From Octopus sinensis (lineage: Eukaryota), in the NCBI RefSeq assembly GCF_006345805.1, contig NC_043001.1, positions 82,274,001 through 82,338,000 on the forward strand: 64,000 nucleotides of DNA, given 5' to 3'. The translations under genes were made by a program, and so were the position numbers. Positions 63,743-64,000 of this stretch are shown piece after piece. How positions within the stretch are numbered: position 1 is the stretch's first letter; every line of letters starts with the position of its first letter. The notes beneath the pieces are model-generated. The model made no database searches, was not told the origin of the DNA, and saw only the letters and a list, made by a program, of their open reading frames with translations.

Positions 63743-64000
63743 ACAAGAGAGAGAGAGAGATACATACATACATACATACATACATGCATATATACGTATA
63801 CATATGCATGCATACATATATACCACACATACATAAATATACAGCCATTTATATATATATATTATATATAGATATATTATAATATATATAAATATATAGA
63901 TACATATATATGTGTATACACACATGTAATAATAATCTTAGGGAATATAATTCAAAAACTTACAGGGAAAAATTCAATTTAACAAGTTAAAATCAAATTT

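Overview
AT-rich, microsatellite-saturated animal genomic DNA, most consistent with an octopus (Octopus sp.) intron or intergenic region; the organism is inferred from the repeat families and was not verified. Almost all entries in the ORF track are translations of simple repeats. No complete host gene is visible; one candidate terminal coding exon lies at 35757-36107 (-). The window is dominated by transposons: about 20 copies or fragments of four tRNA-derived SINE families, a nearly full-length frameshifted CR1/L2-type LINE (19930-24755), fragments of CR1, RTE and R4/Dong LINEs, mariner and rosa-type DNA transposon relics, several MITEs and a Helitron. The main signal is a diverse set of Penelope-type elements carrying type I hammerhead ribozymes (HHRs). 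Three HHRs have an intact core (1394-1479, 28704-28749, 53641-53726), one has a damaged stem II (47248-47294) and several are decayed. One HHR sits in a chimeric element made of a tRNA-SINE head, the ribozyme and an inverted tail. The second signal is the long LINE: its ORF1 starts with a Myb/SANT-trihelix-like domain, its 5' end is a tandem array, and its 3' tail is shared with the most abundant SINE. All folds, alignments and coordinates were derived by eye and need computational confirmation.
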